A stretch of DNA of 64,000 nt from Peribolospora baueri (lineage: Eukaryota): assembly GCA_029717555.1 (NCBI GenBank), contig JAMDHS010000012.1, positions 1 through 64,000 of the forward strand, read 5' to 3'. Of this stretch, positions 10,829 to 21,416 are shown one piece after another; position 1 is the stretch's first letter, and each line of letters starts with the position of its first letter. The position numbers were made by a program, and so were the translations under genes. The notes under the pieces were generated by a model. It made no database searches, was not told the origin of the DNA, and saw nothing but the letters and a program-made list of their open reading frames with translations.

Positions 10829-12646
10829 TCATTGTACGCTCGTTTCGACCTCGCGTCGCGTCGCTTGCGTCCGTCGTACTCGAGCGGTTGGCCCCGTCCT
10901 CCTCCCTTGCGTCCTTCCGTTTGTCCGGCCGTCCGTTTGACAGCTGATGTCTCTGCGTTGCCGCATGCATGGGCGACATGACGGCTGGTGGGAACCGATC
11001 CTTGCATAGTCAAAGTTGCCTCTGCTTTCGGGCTGACGATCGCGACAGACCACTGAGAGACGGCGGGTTCGATGAAATGCGGTAAAGACGGAGGAGCGAG
11101 CAATAGAGGAAGCCAGCGGCATTCAGTTACTTTCGCTTCCGAAACCTTTCGCCCGAAGCGGAACGAAGATCGGCCCCGCTCACCGGTGTACTTGGCTGAA
11201 CGTGCTCGCGCCGATGAAGGGGCGGATGTCCTGACCTCTGGCGTGAAAGCATACAGTCTTATCCGGCATCAGGCCTTGGCCTCGTGTGGCTCGGAGACGC
11301 TGGCATAGGTTGGTCTGCATTGCCAAGTCCCGGCCAAAGGAAGCGGGGGAGAGAGAAACTTGGTACAATCGCACCAGACGAAAGAAGGCGGTGCTTCCTC
11401 TTGCCTTTCCAAACTTGCAGCGGCGAGCATGCAGAGCAGAATTTCAGGGACGGACGACGGGAGACGATGCGCTGAACTGAATCGGCGCCGCTTCGATACG
11501 ACGTCTCGAAAACGAGTGCTTCACCGTGCACTCCCTACGTTCCGCAGTGTAAAGCAAGATGCCAAAGTCGCATGGTATAACCCCCATCACATCTTCACCC
11601 GCAGATTTAGACCGAATGGGGGGCTGTCAGAGGCGACTCACGACTCTGGCGCCTTCGTGACCTGCGAGAAGCAGAGACGTCCCTGTCGACATTGGATTCA
11701 GTCACTATCGGGGAAATTAATGTCGGCGGGTTAGCAGCTTTTCATCCGGGATGCAAACAAGGAAAGGCGTCCTCAGGATCCCGTCCGCAGTGACTGTACG
11801 CATCGACTGGGGAAAGCAGAAGGGAAGTCAGTCGCCAACACGGCCGGACGTCGTCCACAAATACTGCTATAGGGCAGGAAAAGAAGGTCTCTCTGTCGCA
11901 GTTCACGGTGTAGGTCACCTTGGCCCTCACCTCAGGTCCAATTTGACGGTCCTGGACAAGCGGGGGTGCCTGTAGCTCCCAGGCGACTGCTCAGGCAGTG
12001 CGTAGGAACGGCTGGTTCAGTTTCAAGTCCCAAGCTGTCCAAATGAGGGCGCGGCTAAAACCAAAGGCGGAGTCTCACCAGTTTTGCACGTGCTGGTCTG
12101 GACATACGGAGACGAGGATTGCGAATGCGAATCGCGCACGGGCCACACTCCGCCGCAACCGGCAAGGCCATCATCGCGACGACATGCATCCGACGACTTC
12201 CTTTCCGCTTCCATCACGACTGCAGCTCGCAAGACTCTACTGAAGCTGCTCCACTTTGCGAGGGGCTCACTCAACGACCGCTGAAGCCGATAAAACGAGG
12301 ACGGTAAAAGAGCGCTGCTCAATTCGAAACGGTCGACATCGCTCTAACATTCGACATGGAAGCGGACACGTCTCGCGCGCTGAGCTACGCTTTGTTTTGG
12401 CAACTGACTGACGCTTCTGGACACGCCTCGTCTGTCTGTTTGTTATTGCACCCTCAAGATAGAAGGTCCTCTCACGATTATCTCGAATAACAGGGGCCAC
12501 GTTCGCCGGACGATAGCTTAAAAGACGGGCGTGTCGGGCGTGCTCGTTGTTGATCTTCGTTCTTCCCTCTTCCATCTTTCTCACACCTCAGCAATCTCGC
12601 TTTCTCACTCTCTATCCTCTCGCGTATTGCTCTCATCTTCCAAAAC

Positions 12647-13696
12647 ATGTCCGTCTCGACCCTAGACACCTCCCACATCAACATTCGGTCGCATCTGAAG
12701 ATCGTCGAAGACGCCCTCGAGCAGGCCCGTAGGGACTCTCTTCTCCAGACGTCCATCACCAGTCTCATACGTCGTGGCAGCTCCGCTTCGCGTCACAGCG
12801 TTGCCTCTCAGCGTAGCACCGCCACCCAGCGTAGCACCTCCTCGCGGAACCACTCCTTGCGCGCCAGGGAGGTGGTGCTCGTCCGACAGACCCCTAGGCG
12901 CAAGGTCCACGTTCAAAGAAGGGTCCACGGGAACCAGTTTGTGGCTGACAGCGGACTAGTCTCCACCCTCGAGGAGGACGAGCAAGAGATCTTCGGGACC
13001 TGGACCCAGTGGTGCTCTGAGGTCTGCTCTGAGGCTTGGGCTCCGTATGACGACGCCGCGGGCCAGGTCGTTCCTTGTGCCTTGACACAGGGCGAGTCTT
13101 TCGTCTTCGAGTCTGGCGTCGACTCCACGGACAGTCCCGTTCCGCCTCTTCTGAACCTCCCAGCGACGCGTTTGGTGAGCACGGTGGGCAATGTCCAAGG
13201 CGGTCAGCGACGAAGCAACTGTACCCTTGAGCGCTCCGGTGCTCTCCGTCGCTCGACCCGCTCGGCCGTCTTCTCCGAGTCGCGGCAAGGCTCCGCCTCG
13301 AATGATTTGGAACAGGTCAACCCGGATGCGATGGCAGTTGACTTGGACCAGGATCGGTTGCCTGCCATGAATGCTAGCGCAGCAGTTTCATCTACTTGCG
13401 CCCTGAGCGGTCCGCGCTCCAGCTTGCTGTTCTTTTGGCAACGCCAAAGCCAGAGGCAGCAGAGGAGCGCCGTCGCTCCCAGTGGTGTCGAGGGCGGGGG
13501 CGGAGCATACAAGGGCCAGACGGCGTCATCGGCTTTGCAGGATGCGCCTAGGAGAAGGTCGAGGAGGTGGGTGTGGAGCCCGGAAGCTCATGGGAAAATG
13601 GCAGAGGGTGATGTGAGGGCGGGCGACGAGGCGAAGGTGGCCGGCCGGACGGTGGGAGCGCTGTCCCAGCATAGCGAGAGGGAGAGGTGGTGGTGA
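12647..13696 (+). CDS. Intronless orphan protein, 349 aa, Ser/Arg-rich, no recognisable domain; its 5' end is copied in the nearby inverted repeat
   Basis: ATG in good context (aaaacATG) after a pyrimidine-rich 5' tract, with a 1050-bp uninterrupted ORF. One ordered-looking segment: LEEDEQEIFGTWTQWCSEVCSEAWAPYDD. Confidence 0.6.
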   Translation: MSVSTLDTSHINIRSHLKIVEDALEQARRDSLLQTSITSLIRRGSSASRHSVASQRSTATQRSTSSRNHSLRAREVVLVRQTPRRKVHVQRRVHGNQFVADSGLVSTLEEDEQEIFGTWTQWCSEVCSEAWAPYDDAAGQVVPCALTQGESFVFESGVDSTDSPVPPLLNLPATRLVSTVGNVQGGQRRSNCTLERSGALRRSTRSAVFSESRQGSASNDLEQVNPDAMAVDLDQDRLPAMNASAAVSSTCALSGPRSSLLFFWQRQSQRQQRSAVAPSGVEGGGGAYKGQTASSALQDAPRRRSRRWVWSPEAHGKMAEGDVRAGDEAKVAGRTVGALSQHSERERWW

Positions 13697-13834
13697 GGGA
13701 GGTCGGCTCGCTTTCGCATAGGTGCTGCTTGAGTCTGGATTGTATAGGTGTTTTTTTTTTCGGTTTGTTTCCCTGCTGTCTCTTTCCCGTCGACGTCCTT
13801 TCTCTTTCTCTCTTCTCCTTTCCCTCTCGAACTT

Positions 13835-13898
13835 GATCGACTCTCTCTCCTTTCCCACTTAATCGACTCTCTCTCCCCACCTAATCGACTCTCTCTCC
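13835..13898 (+). repeat. Three near-tandem copies of ATCGACTCTCTCTCC
   Basis: gATCGACTCTCTCTCCtttcccacttaATCGACTCTCTCTCCccacctaATCGACTCTCTCTCCtg. Confidence 0.85.
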
Positions 13899-14249
13899 TG
13901 TAGTAGTAGCATTTAGAAGAGACATGGCGATGTCATCTTCCAGGAGGAATTGGAACCAGGCTGTTCCGTATGCAAACTCGAAGAGCCCTGTCTGAAGGAG
14001 AAGGAAAAAAGCGAACGAAAGCATATATGTACAGACGCGAACGTCGAACGTCGGCCGGCGGCGGCAATCTGACGGGAGAAAAGATCTGGGGACGTGGCGA
14101 GTCGAAACAAGGAACACACGAGTCGGGACTCGGTCGGCTGCTTGCCATCGCCGTTCGGTCTCCTTTCCTTCTCTTACCACCTCGGTCGCAGGTCGTCACC
14201 ACCACGCGGCTGTGCGCTCACGACGCAGCCATACGATCCGGAAAGCGTC

Positions 14250-14694
14250 ATGGACGCAGCTCCCTCCGCCATCTCCGCCGAGGCGTTGTCGACGCTCACT
14301 CCGGAGAGCCAAGCATACATACGACGGCTCGCCGCCTTTCGGGCGAAATCGAGGTGGAACGAGTGAGTGGAGCGGTAGTTGAAGGGAGGAGTCAGGATAG
14401 GAGTCGCTTGCTGAATTCCTCCCCCCCTGACGAAGCATCTCCAAAAACCGTCAAGCGGCCGTCCTGGTCTTGCTCTTCGAAGCGCCCGCACATCCCACCG
14501 ACGCCGCCGCCGCCGACGCCGACGCTATATGCTCCGCGGCCAGCACATCGGCCACCGCGTCGACAGCGACGGCGCCAACGGAGCTCAGGGTCTTGTTGAC
14601 CACCCTGGCTTTGCACCTTCGTTCGCACCCGGGACAGACGGCCTTGCCTGGCGGGAGGGTGGATGAAGAGGATGGGTCGTATAGGATCACAGCG
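14250..14694 (+). pseudogene. 5' fragment of a Nudix CoA pyrophosphatase (PCD1/NUDT7-like); exons 14250-14362 and 14436-14694, truncated inside the Nudix box
   Basis: In-frame splice gives ...RQAAVLVLLFE...LRVLLTTLALHLRSHPGQTALPGGRVDEEDGSYRITA, which is the CoA-Nudix motif LLTxR(S/A)x3Rx3Gx3(F/L)PGG plus the start of the Nudix box. The first conserved Arg is Leu here, and no REx2EExG exon follows. Confidence 0.8.
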
Positions 14695-14890
14695 GTGCGA
14701 ACCAACGCCAGACATAGGATAGGTCGCGCGACACAGCGTTTCTTTTGCTAGGGACATCGCTGCTGATTTTCTTCTTCTTCTTCTTCTTCATTCCGCCCGC
14801 ATTGCTTGGATGTCGTGTGCATCCTTCATCGGGCTCAGATCCCGTCGACGTCCCTTCTCTTTCTATCTCTCTTCTTCTTTCCCGCTCGAA

Positions 14891-15321
14891 CCGTACTGGC
14901 TGGGGGTGCCCCTTTTTTGCTCTCATCTTCCAAAACATGCCCGTTTTCGACCCTCGACATCTCGCACATCAACATTCGGTCGCATCTGAAGATCGTCGAA
15001 GACGCCCTCGAGCAGGTCCGTAGGGAGTCTCTTCTCCAAACCTCCATCACCAGTCTCATACGTCGTGGCAGCTCCGCTTCGCGTCGCAGCGTTGCCTCTC
15101 AGCGTAGCACCACCTCCCTGGCGCGCAAGGAGCGGTTGCGGGACCTACCACGACGTATGAGATTGGTGATGGAGGTTTGGAGAAGAGACTCCCTACGGAC
15201 CTGCTCGAGGGCGTCTTCGACGATCTTCAGATGCGACCGAATGTTGATGTGCGAGATGGGGGTCGAGACGAGCATGTTTTGGAAAATGAGAGCAAAGAAG
15301 GGGCACCCCCGGCCAGTACGG
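14891..15321. repeat. Long inverted repeat: arms 14891-15068 and 15148-15321, spacer about 79 nt; derived from the 5' end of the 12647 gene family
   Basis: The arms are reverse complements, with a perfect 95-bp core (14958-15052 against the right arm). Both encode HINIRSHLKIVEDALEQVRRESLLQTSIT, nearly identical to the 12647 ORF. Confidence 0.95.
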
Positions 15322-16262
15322 GGGCCGAGCTTCCTTCCCACTCACCTCGGAAGTCCTCCCTCCCACGTCAAATCCCCAAGGTCCTGCCCGCTCTCGCCTA
15401 TCCCTCTCGGGACTCGCCTTCGCCTACACTTCCACCTTCCGGCCCTGAACCCCAGCATATATCCACCCTTCCATGACTATGGTCATGGCTCAAGGCGGCC
15501 TCCTACCCGCGAGCATGGCTGCGCCCCAGCTGGTCGTGATTCCGCATCTGAATGCGGCAAACAGGACAGAGACATTGAGTTGTAGCGCGCTCTGCTCTCT
15601 CTGAGACGGCGAAAAGGGACGGGGAGGCGACTGGATGGCTGCATTGAGCAGGCAGACTCTGTCAACCCTACCCATCGATCGTCCCTTTCCACCGAGAGCC
15701 TAGAGCAGACCGGGAGAGAGAGAGGAAGAGAGAGTGAGAGAAAAAGAAAAACGCGCCCGTCATTGTCCTGATGGCCTCGTCGGACGCGCCTTCGTTGCCC
15801 CGATCCGATCCGGCGCGGGCGCCGTCGCGCGTATTGTCCTATTGACGACTCATGACGGTGCTCGTTCGTCCCGTCCGCGAACGGGAATGGACCGCCATCC
15901 ATGCCTCGCCTCGCCTCGCCTCCGCTCGGCACCAGCGATGAGATGAGATGGGGAGAGGCGAGGCAAGGGTTCGTGTCAACATGCGGGCAAGTCGCTCGGA
16001 GAGGGAGGAAGCAAGCCTGACAGCAGTGGCAGCGGCGTGGAAGGGAAAGGAAGGAAAGGGAGCAACGTGTGGACGGGCCATGGCAGTCGGCGGTGTGTAT
16101 GGTATATATATCTCTCTCTGCAGAGCCGCATGGCGGTGAACATGCGGTGAGCCGGCTGCCAGGAGTGGGCGGAGGAACTTGGGGACGAGTAAGACGGGCG
16201 GGGCGCGTCCAGTAAGTACGTCGGTGCTGCATACGAGTGGGCTACGGAAGGACGAGGGAGTT

Positions 16263-16287
16263 CTGTCTGTCTGTCTGTCTGTCTGTC
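16263..16287 (+). repeat. (CTGT)n microsatellite
   Basis: ctgtctgtctgtctgtctgtctgtc. Confidence 0.85.
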
Positions 16288-17117
16288 CTTCCTGTTCTTT
16301 TCTGTCTCTATTCTCTTCGTATCGTCATTTCGTGCGCCGTCCCGTCCTATGCAATCCCATCCGTCCCATCCGTTGCCTTGATGCCGACGCGGCGCGAGCG
16401 AGGGCGTCAAGGGGTTAGAGCATGTACGATCTATTATGTACATCTGCGGTAGTAAGCGAGCATGAGAGGGGTCACGTGCGACGTGCCGTGACAGGCGAGG
16501 GAGGGCGCGAATGGGACGGAGAGAAAGGATGAAGTGAGACATTAGAGACTAGTCTCCGAGCCAATTGTAGTGGCGCTTAACTGCCGCACTTACATCCCAT
16601 TAGGGCGCCGTCGCCTCCGCAGGAAGGGGAATAGAGGGGGCTACGAGGGGGCATTACAAACTGTGTGAGGGCGCGGTTATAAAGGTTACAAAGGGAAGGC
16701 GGCGCAGATCGTCTGCTCGTCGGACGCGGGACGTCCGGAGTGGGAGCCGACGGACATAGCGCGCAAAGGGCGGCGCGGATGGCGGACAGCCGTTGGCTAG
16801 GCCGGTGGGCGGTGGGCGTGGGCGGTCAGGCTAAGGCTCAGCGCACCGTCGTCTTCTCTGCTCAGCCCCCTTCTCACCTCCGGCAGGGCCATCGTCCACC
16901 ACTCCCACCACCATCACCACCACCACCACTACCACCACAGCTTCTTCATCACCGTCGCCACCACCCCCTCCTCTCCCCCCGTCTTTGGTCCCCGTCCTCC
17001 CTTCCCCTCCTCGCCTGCCCCCTTTTCCCGCTCCCTTTCGCCCACCTCGTCCCACTCTCCCTCGACCCTCCCCCTCACCCCTCCTCCGCCCTCCGCCTTG
17101 ACACACCTCTTCGCGCC

Positions 17118-19103
17118 ATGGGTTGCGGACAGGTGCGTCTCTCCCTCTTCCCAGACGCCCATCCATCCCCTCCGCCTTCCATCCAATCTCGTCCCCCTCC
17201 CGCGTCACACCGTCCATGCTCACCCCTTCTCTTCTTTCCCTCCCCGCGTCCAGTCCACAGAAGACAAGGAGGGCAAAGCCCGCAACGAGGCCATCGACGC
17301 TCAGCTCCGCAAGGACAGGCTCGCCCTCAAGAATGAAATCAGTGAGTCCAAATTCCGTGGACTCGGCTCCATTGCCGCTTGCACGAGCCCGTCGGTTCGA
17401 TCCGTTTCCGCGCTCGCTCTCGCCGTCCTTTTCCCCGCCTTCGTTAACCCCAATCGCTCTCGCCCCTCTCTTCGTCCTTTCCCTTCCTCCGCCGTCGCCC
17501 GCATCCGCAGAGATGCTCCTGCTCGGAGCAGGAGAGTCGGGCAAGTCGACGATCCTCAAGCAGATGAAGCTCATCCACCACGGCTCCTACTCGCCCGATG
17601 AGCGCGAGTCGTACAAGGAGATCATCTTCTCCAACACGCTCCAGTCCATGCGCGTCATCCTCGATGCCATGGAGAACCTGGACATCCCCCTCGCCGACCC
17701 GTCCAACGCCCGTCGGGCCGAGGTCATCCTTGCCCTGCCCCCGCAGATCGAGGCAGACGTCTTGCCCCACGAGGTGGCCGACGCCATCTTCGGTCTCTGG
17801 CAGGACGCCGGCGTCCAGGCTTGTTTCAGCAGGAGCAGGGAGTACCAGCTCAACGATTCGGCTCAATAGTGCGTCTTCTCTTACAAGTCAAGACGGCTCG
17901 CGTTTCCATCCTTACCGCCCGCCGTCGTCCCCGCTGGCTCCGCTCACCACCCGCTTGCCTCTCTTTTCTCTCCCCGCCTCCCTTTCCTATCTTGCTTCGC
18001 TCACAGTTACTTCGACTCCATTCAACGAATGGCCGATCCCCACTACTTGCCTACCGACCAAGACGTGCTCCGGTCGCGTGTGAAGACGACGGGCATTACG
18101 TGAGTCGCGGCGGCCTGGGCCGACATGGGTCTTCTGCTGCGTGCACGGCTTGTCCGCACGGGCTAGAGCCAGTCTCCTTCAGTCGTTCTACTTTCTCAAC
18201 CTTCGCGCCTCGCGCCCCACCATCGCTCTGGCTTACAGTGAAACGTCGTTCCAAATCGGCGATCTCACTTACCGGCTCTTCGACGTCGGAGGCCAACGCT
18301 CCGAACGAAAGAAGTGGATCCACTGCTTCGAGAACGTCACCGCCATCGTTTTCCTCGTCGCCATCTCCGAGTACGACCAGCTGCTTTACGAGGATCAGAA
18401 CGTGGTATGTTACCGTCTTCCTTCTTCAACGGCTTCATACAACCGTTTCGGTTTGGCCCACTTCACCGCTGCGTCACGTCGCATCGCACCCTGACCTCAC
18501 CCCCCTAACCATCCCACCCGCCAGAACCGCATGCAAGAAGCTCTGACGCTCTTCGACTCGATCTGCAACTCGCGATGGTTCGTGCGCACCTCTATCATCC
18601 TCTTCCTCAACAAGATCGACCTCTTCCGTCAAAAGTTACCCGTTTCGCCCATGAGCGACTACTTCCCCGACTACATAGGCGGTGCCGATTACGAGTCTGC
18701 TTGCCAATACATCCTCCAGAGGTTTGTCACGCTGAACCAGAGCGAGGTCAAGACGGTGTACTCTCACTTTACTTGTGAGTCCATGCCCGAAAGCGTTGCA
18801 AAGCGGAGATTAACGTCCGGCCTTTCTTGCACTTCTTCTGACGACGACGACGATGTGTCCTCTCCATTCCCGTCTTGGGTTCTCGTCTCGATCCCCACGC
18901 GACGCTGCTCCAGGTGCCACGGACACGCAACAGATCAAGTTTGTCCTCAGCGCGGTGAACGACATCATCATTCAGGTCAACTTGTGCGTGCTCGTCTTTT
19001 CGTCGCGACGCAGGTGGTGGCCGCTTGGATCGGACGACACGAGGATGGCTGACTGACGGTTGATTTTGTGCTCTTCTCCAGGCGCGACTGCGGTCTGCTG
19101 TGA
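17118..19103 (+). CDS. GPA1: Heterotrimeric G-protein alpha subunit, group I (Gi-like), about 8 exons including a 15-nt first exon
   Basis: MGCGQ myristoylation/palmitoylation N-terminus, [10 protein letters not shown]-loop, [38 protein letters not shown] and C-terminal LRDCGLL. Very similar to U. maydis Gpa1 as recalled. Confidence 0.95.
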
Positions 19104-20139
19104 TCGTTCCGAACGATCGTGCCTTCGCTTTTTCTTCCCCTCTCTCTCTATATTCATGTTATCGCGTGTGTCAATTCTGCCATGTAGCCGGCGGTCTCAT
19201 GGCCACTGCCACCGCCACAAGACCGGTGTGCGGGTTTCGTCACTGTGCTTCTCCTGGCGAGAGTCATCGTATACTTTTTTCTTTGTTTACCCCGCTCTTT
19301 TCCTTCGCTCCCTCGTCGTGGCATCTCGTTCCTTTCCTCTACCACTGTGGTTCCTCGCTCCTCTTTCCGTCTCCGCTTCGCTTCCTTTCGAATTCCACCT
19401 CACTCACAATCCCCCCTTCCGCCTTGTATACCCTTCATGTCCCCCTGCCGGCACGCTTCCACCCTTCGGCCCACCGTCCGGATGGATTCGATCGAGCAAC
19501 CTCCGCCCTTCCCCGTTTCCCCCGGCCTTATTTGCCCCTGTCTATCCCCGTCACGTTCCCGCGAGTCGGCCCCATCCACGTCCCGCCTCCGCCTGTGACG
19601 ATTCCTTCCTCCCTCCCTCCTGCCTTAGCTGCTTTCCTCCCACGCGTCTTCGCCCCTGTTTCGTGCAAGCGAATTCAACTTTCCCTCCATTCTCCGCTAT
19701 CCCTCCCGGTTTCGGTCGCAGTCGCCATCAGGCGGAGCGACGGGGATGTGCCATGCATGAGCCGCCGCTGGCTGGCCGTTCGTTCAATGCACCTCGTGCC
19801 GTACAGACTGGAAAGACGACGAAAACGGGGAAAGATGTGTTCGCCGGACATGTCTCTATCGCATGACGTCCTTCACCACGGCTTCCTAAGCGAGCAAGAA
19901 GATGACGACGATTTTGGCCTTTGATCCTTTCCCATTGTCATCGCACGCTCAAGTGCATGCACGGCGGCGTTGCTTTGCTTCCTTGCTTGCTTTCTCTTCG
20001 GACGCATCGCAAGGAGAGGCGAATCGGGACAGCGGACCGTGGGAACTGTAACTCCGGCCCAGCCTCTGTTATGTCCGTCGGCCGATCACTTCGGCTTTGG
20101 GAGACGCGTTCCCCTTCGTTAAGTGCGTGCCGTGCACAA

Positions 20140-20141
<2 letters not shown>

Positions 20142-20172
<31 letters not shown>

Positions 20173-20179
20173 AGCAGCA
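20142..20179 (+). repeat. Compound (CAT)n(AGC)n microsatellite
   Basis: catcatcatcatcatcatcagcagcagcagcagcagcag. Confidence 0.85.
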
Positions 20180-20292
20180 GTACGCCACCGTCCACTGCTC
20201 CTTCTTATACTTGTCCATCACCGTCTCCCTCGCATAGCAGCTCTCATCCACCCTCTGTCGTACCGACCGTGATAGTGGCGGATCGGCAAAGA

Positions 20293-21416
20293 ATGTCAGA
20301 AGCAGGCGCGACCACCACCGCAGCAGCACCAGCACCTGCTGCTGCTGCTGCTCCCAACGTGCCGTTCTTCAAGAAGAAAGGTCCAAAGTCGCGCGCCAAC
20401 ATCCGCCAACGAACGACGGCGGAGGAGGACGGTGGGAAGTCTTCCACGGCCGCCGCCGCCACCGCCACCACCGACGGGGCGTCGTCGTCGTCTTTGCGCT
20501 CGGGATCGGCGGTCGTGAGGCAGTCGAAGAAGGAGGTGTTGGGCCATCCTCTCGTACAAGGCACGAAGCGGTTGCGGGACAAGGAGGAGCGGGAACGAGA
20601 TCGGAACATCTTTGCGGTCGAATGGGAGGGGAGCGGGTCGGGAAAGAACGAGAATCGAAATTACGCTACGAGAGATATCGATTGGGATTTGGACGAGGAG
20701 GAGAAGGAGAGGGAGAGGGAGAAGGCTAAGCGGGCTCGTTCGGATGACGACAACAAACGGCGAGACAAGCAACGAGGACCCGTCCGCGCGCCGGCGAACA
20801 TCCGCTCGGTCACCGTCGTGGATTACCAGCCGGACGTGTGTAAGGACTATAAAGGTGAGTTTGGTTTCCTCGTCCGTATACGTCGCCAGGTTCGACGACA
20901 GTGACTGACACCGGCTCCCATCGCTTTGGGTTTTTTTTAGAAACCGGATTTTGCGGTTTCGGCGACACCTGCAAGTTCCTCCACGACCGAGGCGACTACC
21001 TGCACGGCTGGCAGTTGGACGGCGGAGTGGGGAACGACGTATCGGACGCCGAGGCAGACGATTCGGAGGAGGAGGACGTACCCTTCGCATGCCTCATCTG
21101 CCGACGCCCTTTTACGGACCCAGTGGTGACGCTATGCGGACACTACTTTTGCAGCGCGTGCGCCATCAAGCGGTACGCAAAGACGCCCAAGTGTTTCGCG
21201 TGTGGGAAACCGACGCAGGGGGTGTTTAACAGCGCGACCAAGGTGCTGAAGCGGATGGAGGCGCGGAAGAAGGCTAGAGAGGAGGAGAGGGCGGAGAGGA
21301 GGGGGGGCGGTCTGGAGGGCGTGGAAGGGATCGTTGAGGTTGAGGGCGATTGGGAGGAGAAGGACGATGGACGAGGGGACGGCGGGGACGACCGGGAGGA
21401 GGAAGAGGAGGACTAG
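20293..21416 (+). CDS. CWC24: Pre-mRNA splicing factor Cwc24 (CCCH zinc finger plus RING), 2 exons, intron about 20855-20940
   Basis: GPVRAPANIRSVTVVDYQPDVCKDYK|ETGFCGFGDTCKFLHDRGDY..GWQLD, then the RING PFACLICRRPFTDPVVTLCGHYFCSACAI...CFACG. Confidence 0.93.

Noticed and set aside
11360..11734. TCEKQRRPCRHW as a SWIM zinc finger of a MULE transposase
   Set aside because: Lacks the CxC start of the motif, has no DDE domain or terminal repeats, and the ORF is short.
14891..15321. The inverted repeat as a MITE or a pure read fold-back artefact
   Set aside because: The arms are gene-derived rather than transposon-like. They differ from each other by substitutions and indels and have an asymmetric spacer, unlike a simple fold-back chimera. 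Read-level confirmation is still needed.
13835..15600. A defined Helitron or TIR transposon enclosing the fragment patchwork
   Set aside because: No convincing 3' hairpin plus CTRR end, terminal inverted repeats, target-site duplication or transposase was found.
16545..16556. Perfect 12-bp palindrome GAGACTAGTCTC upstream of GPA1
   Set aside because: Palindromes of this length are expected by chance in 64 kb and no second copy was seen.
19060..19924. 268-aa and 274-aa ORFs downstream of GPA1
   Set aside because: Pyrimidine-rich 3' UTR or spacer lacking stops because of composition; non-ATG starts and no protein-like features.
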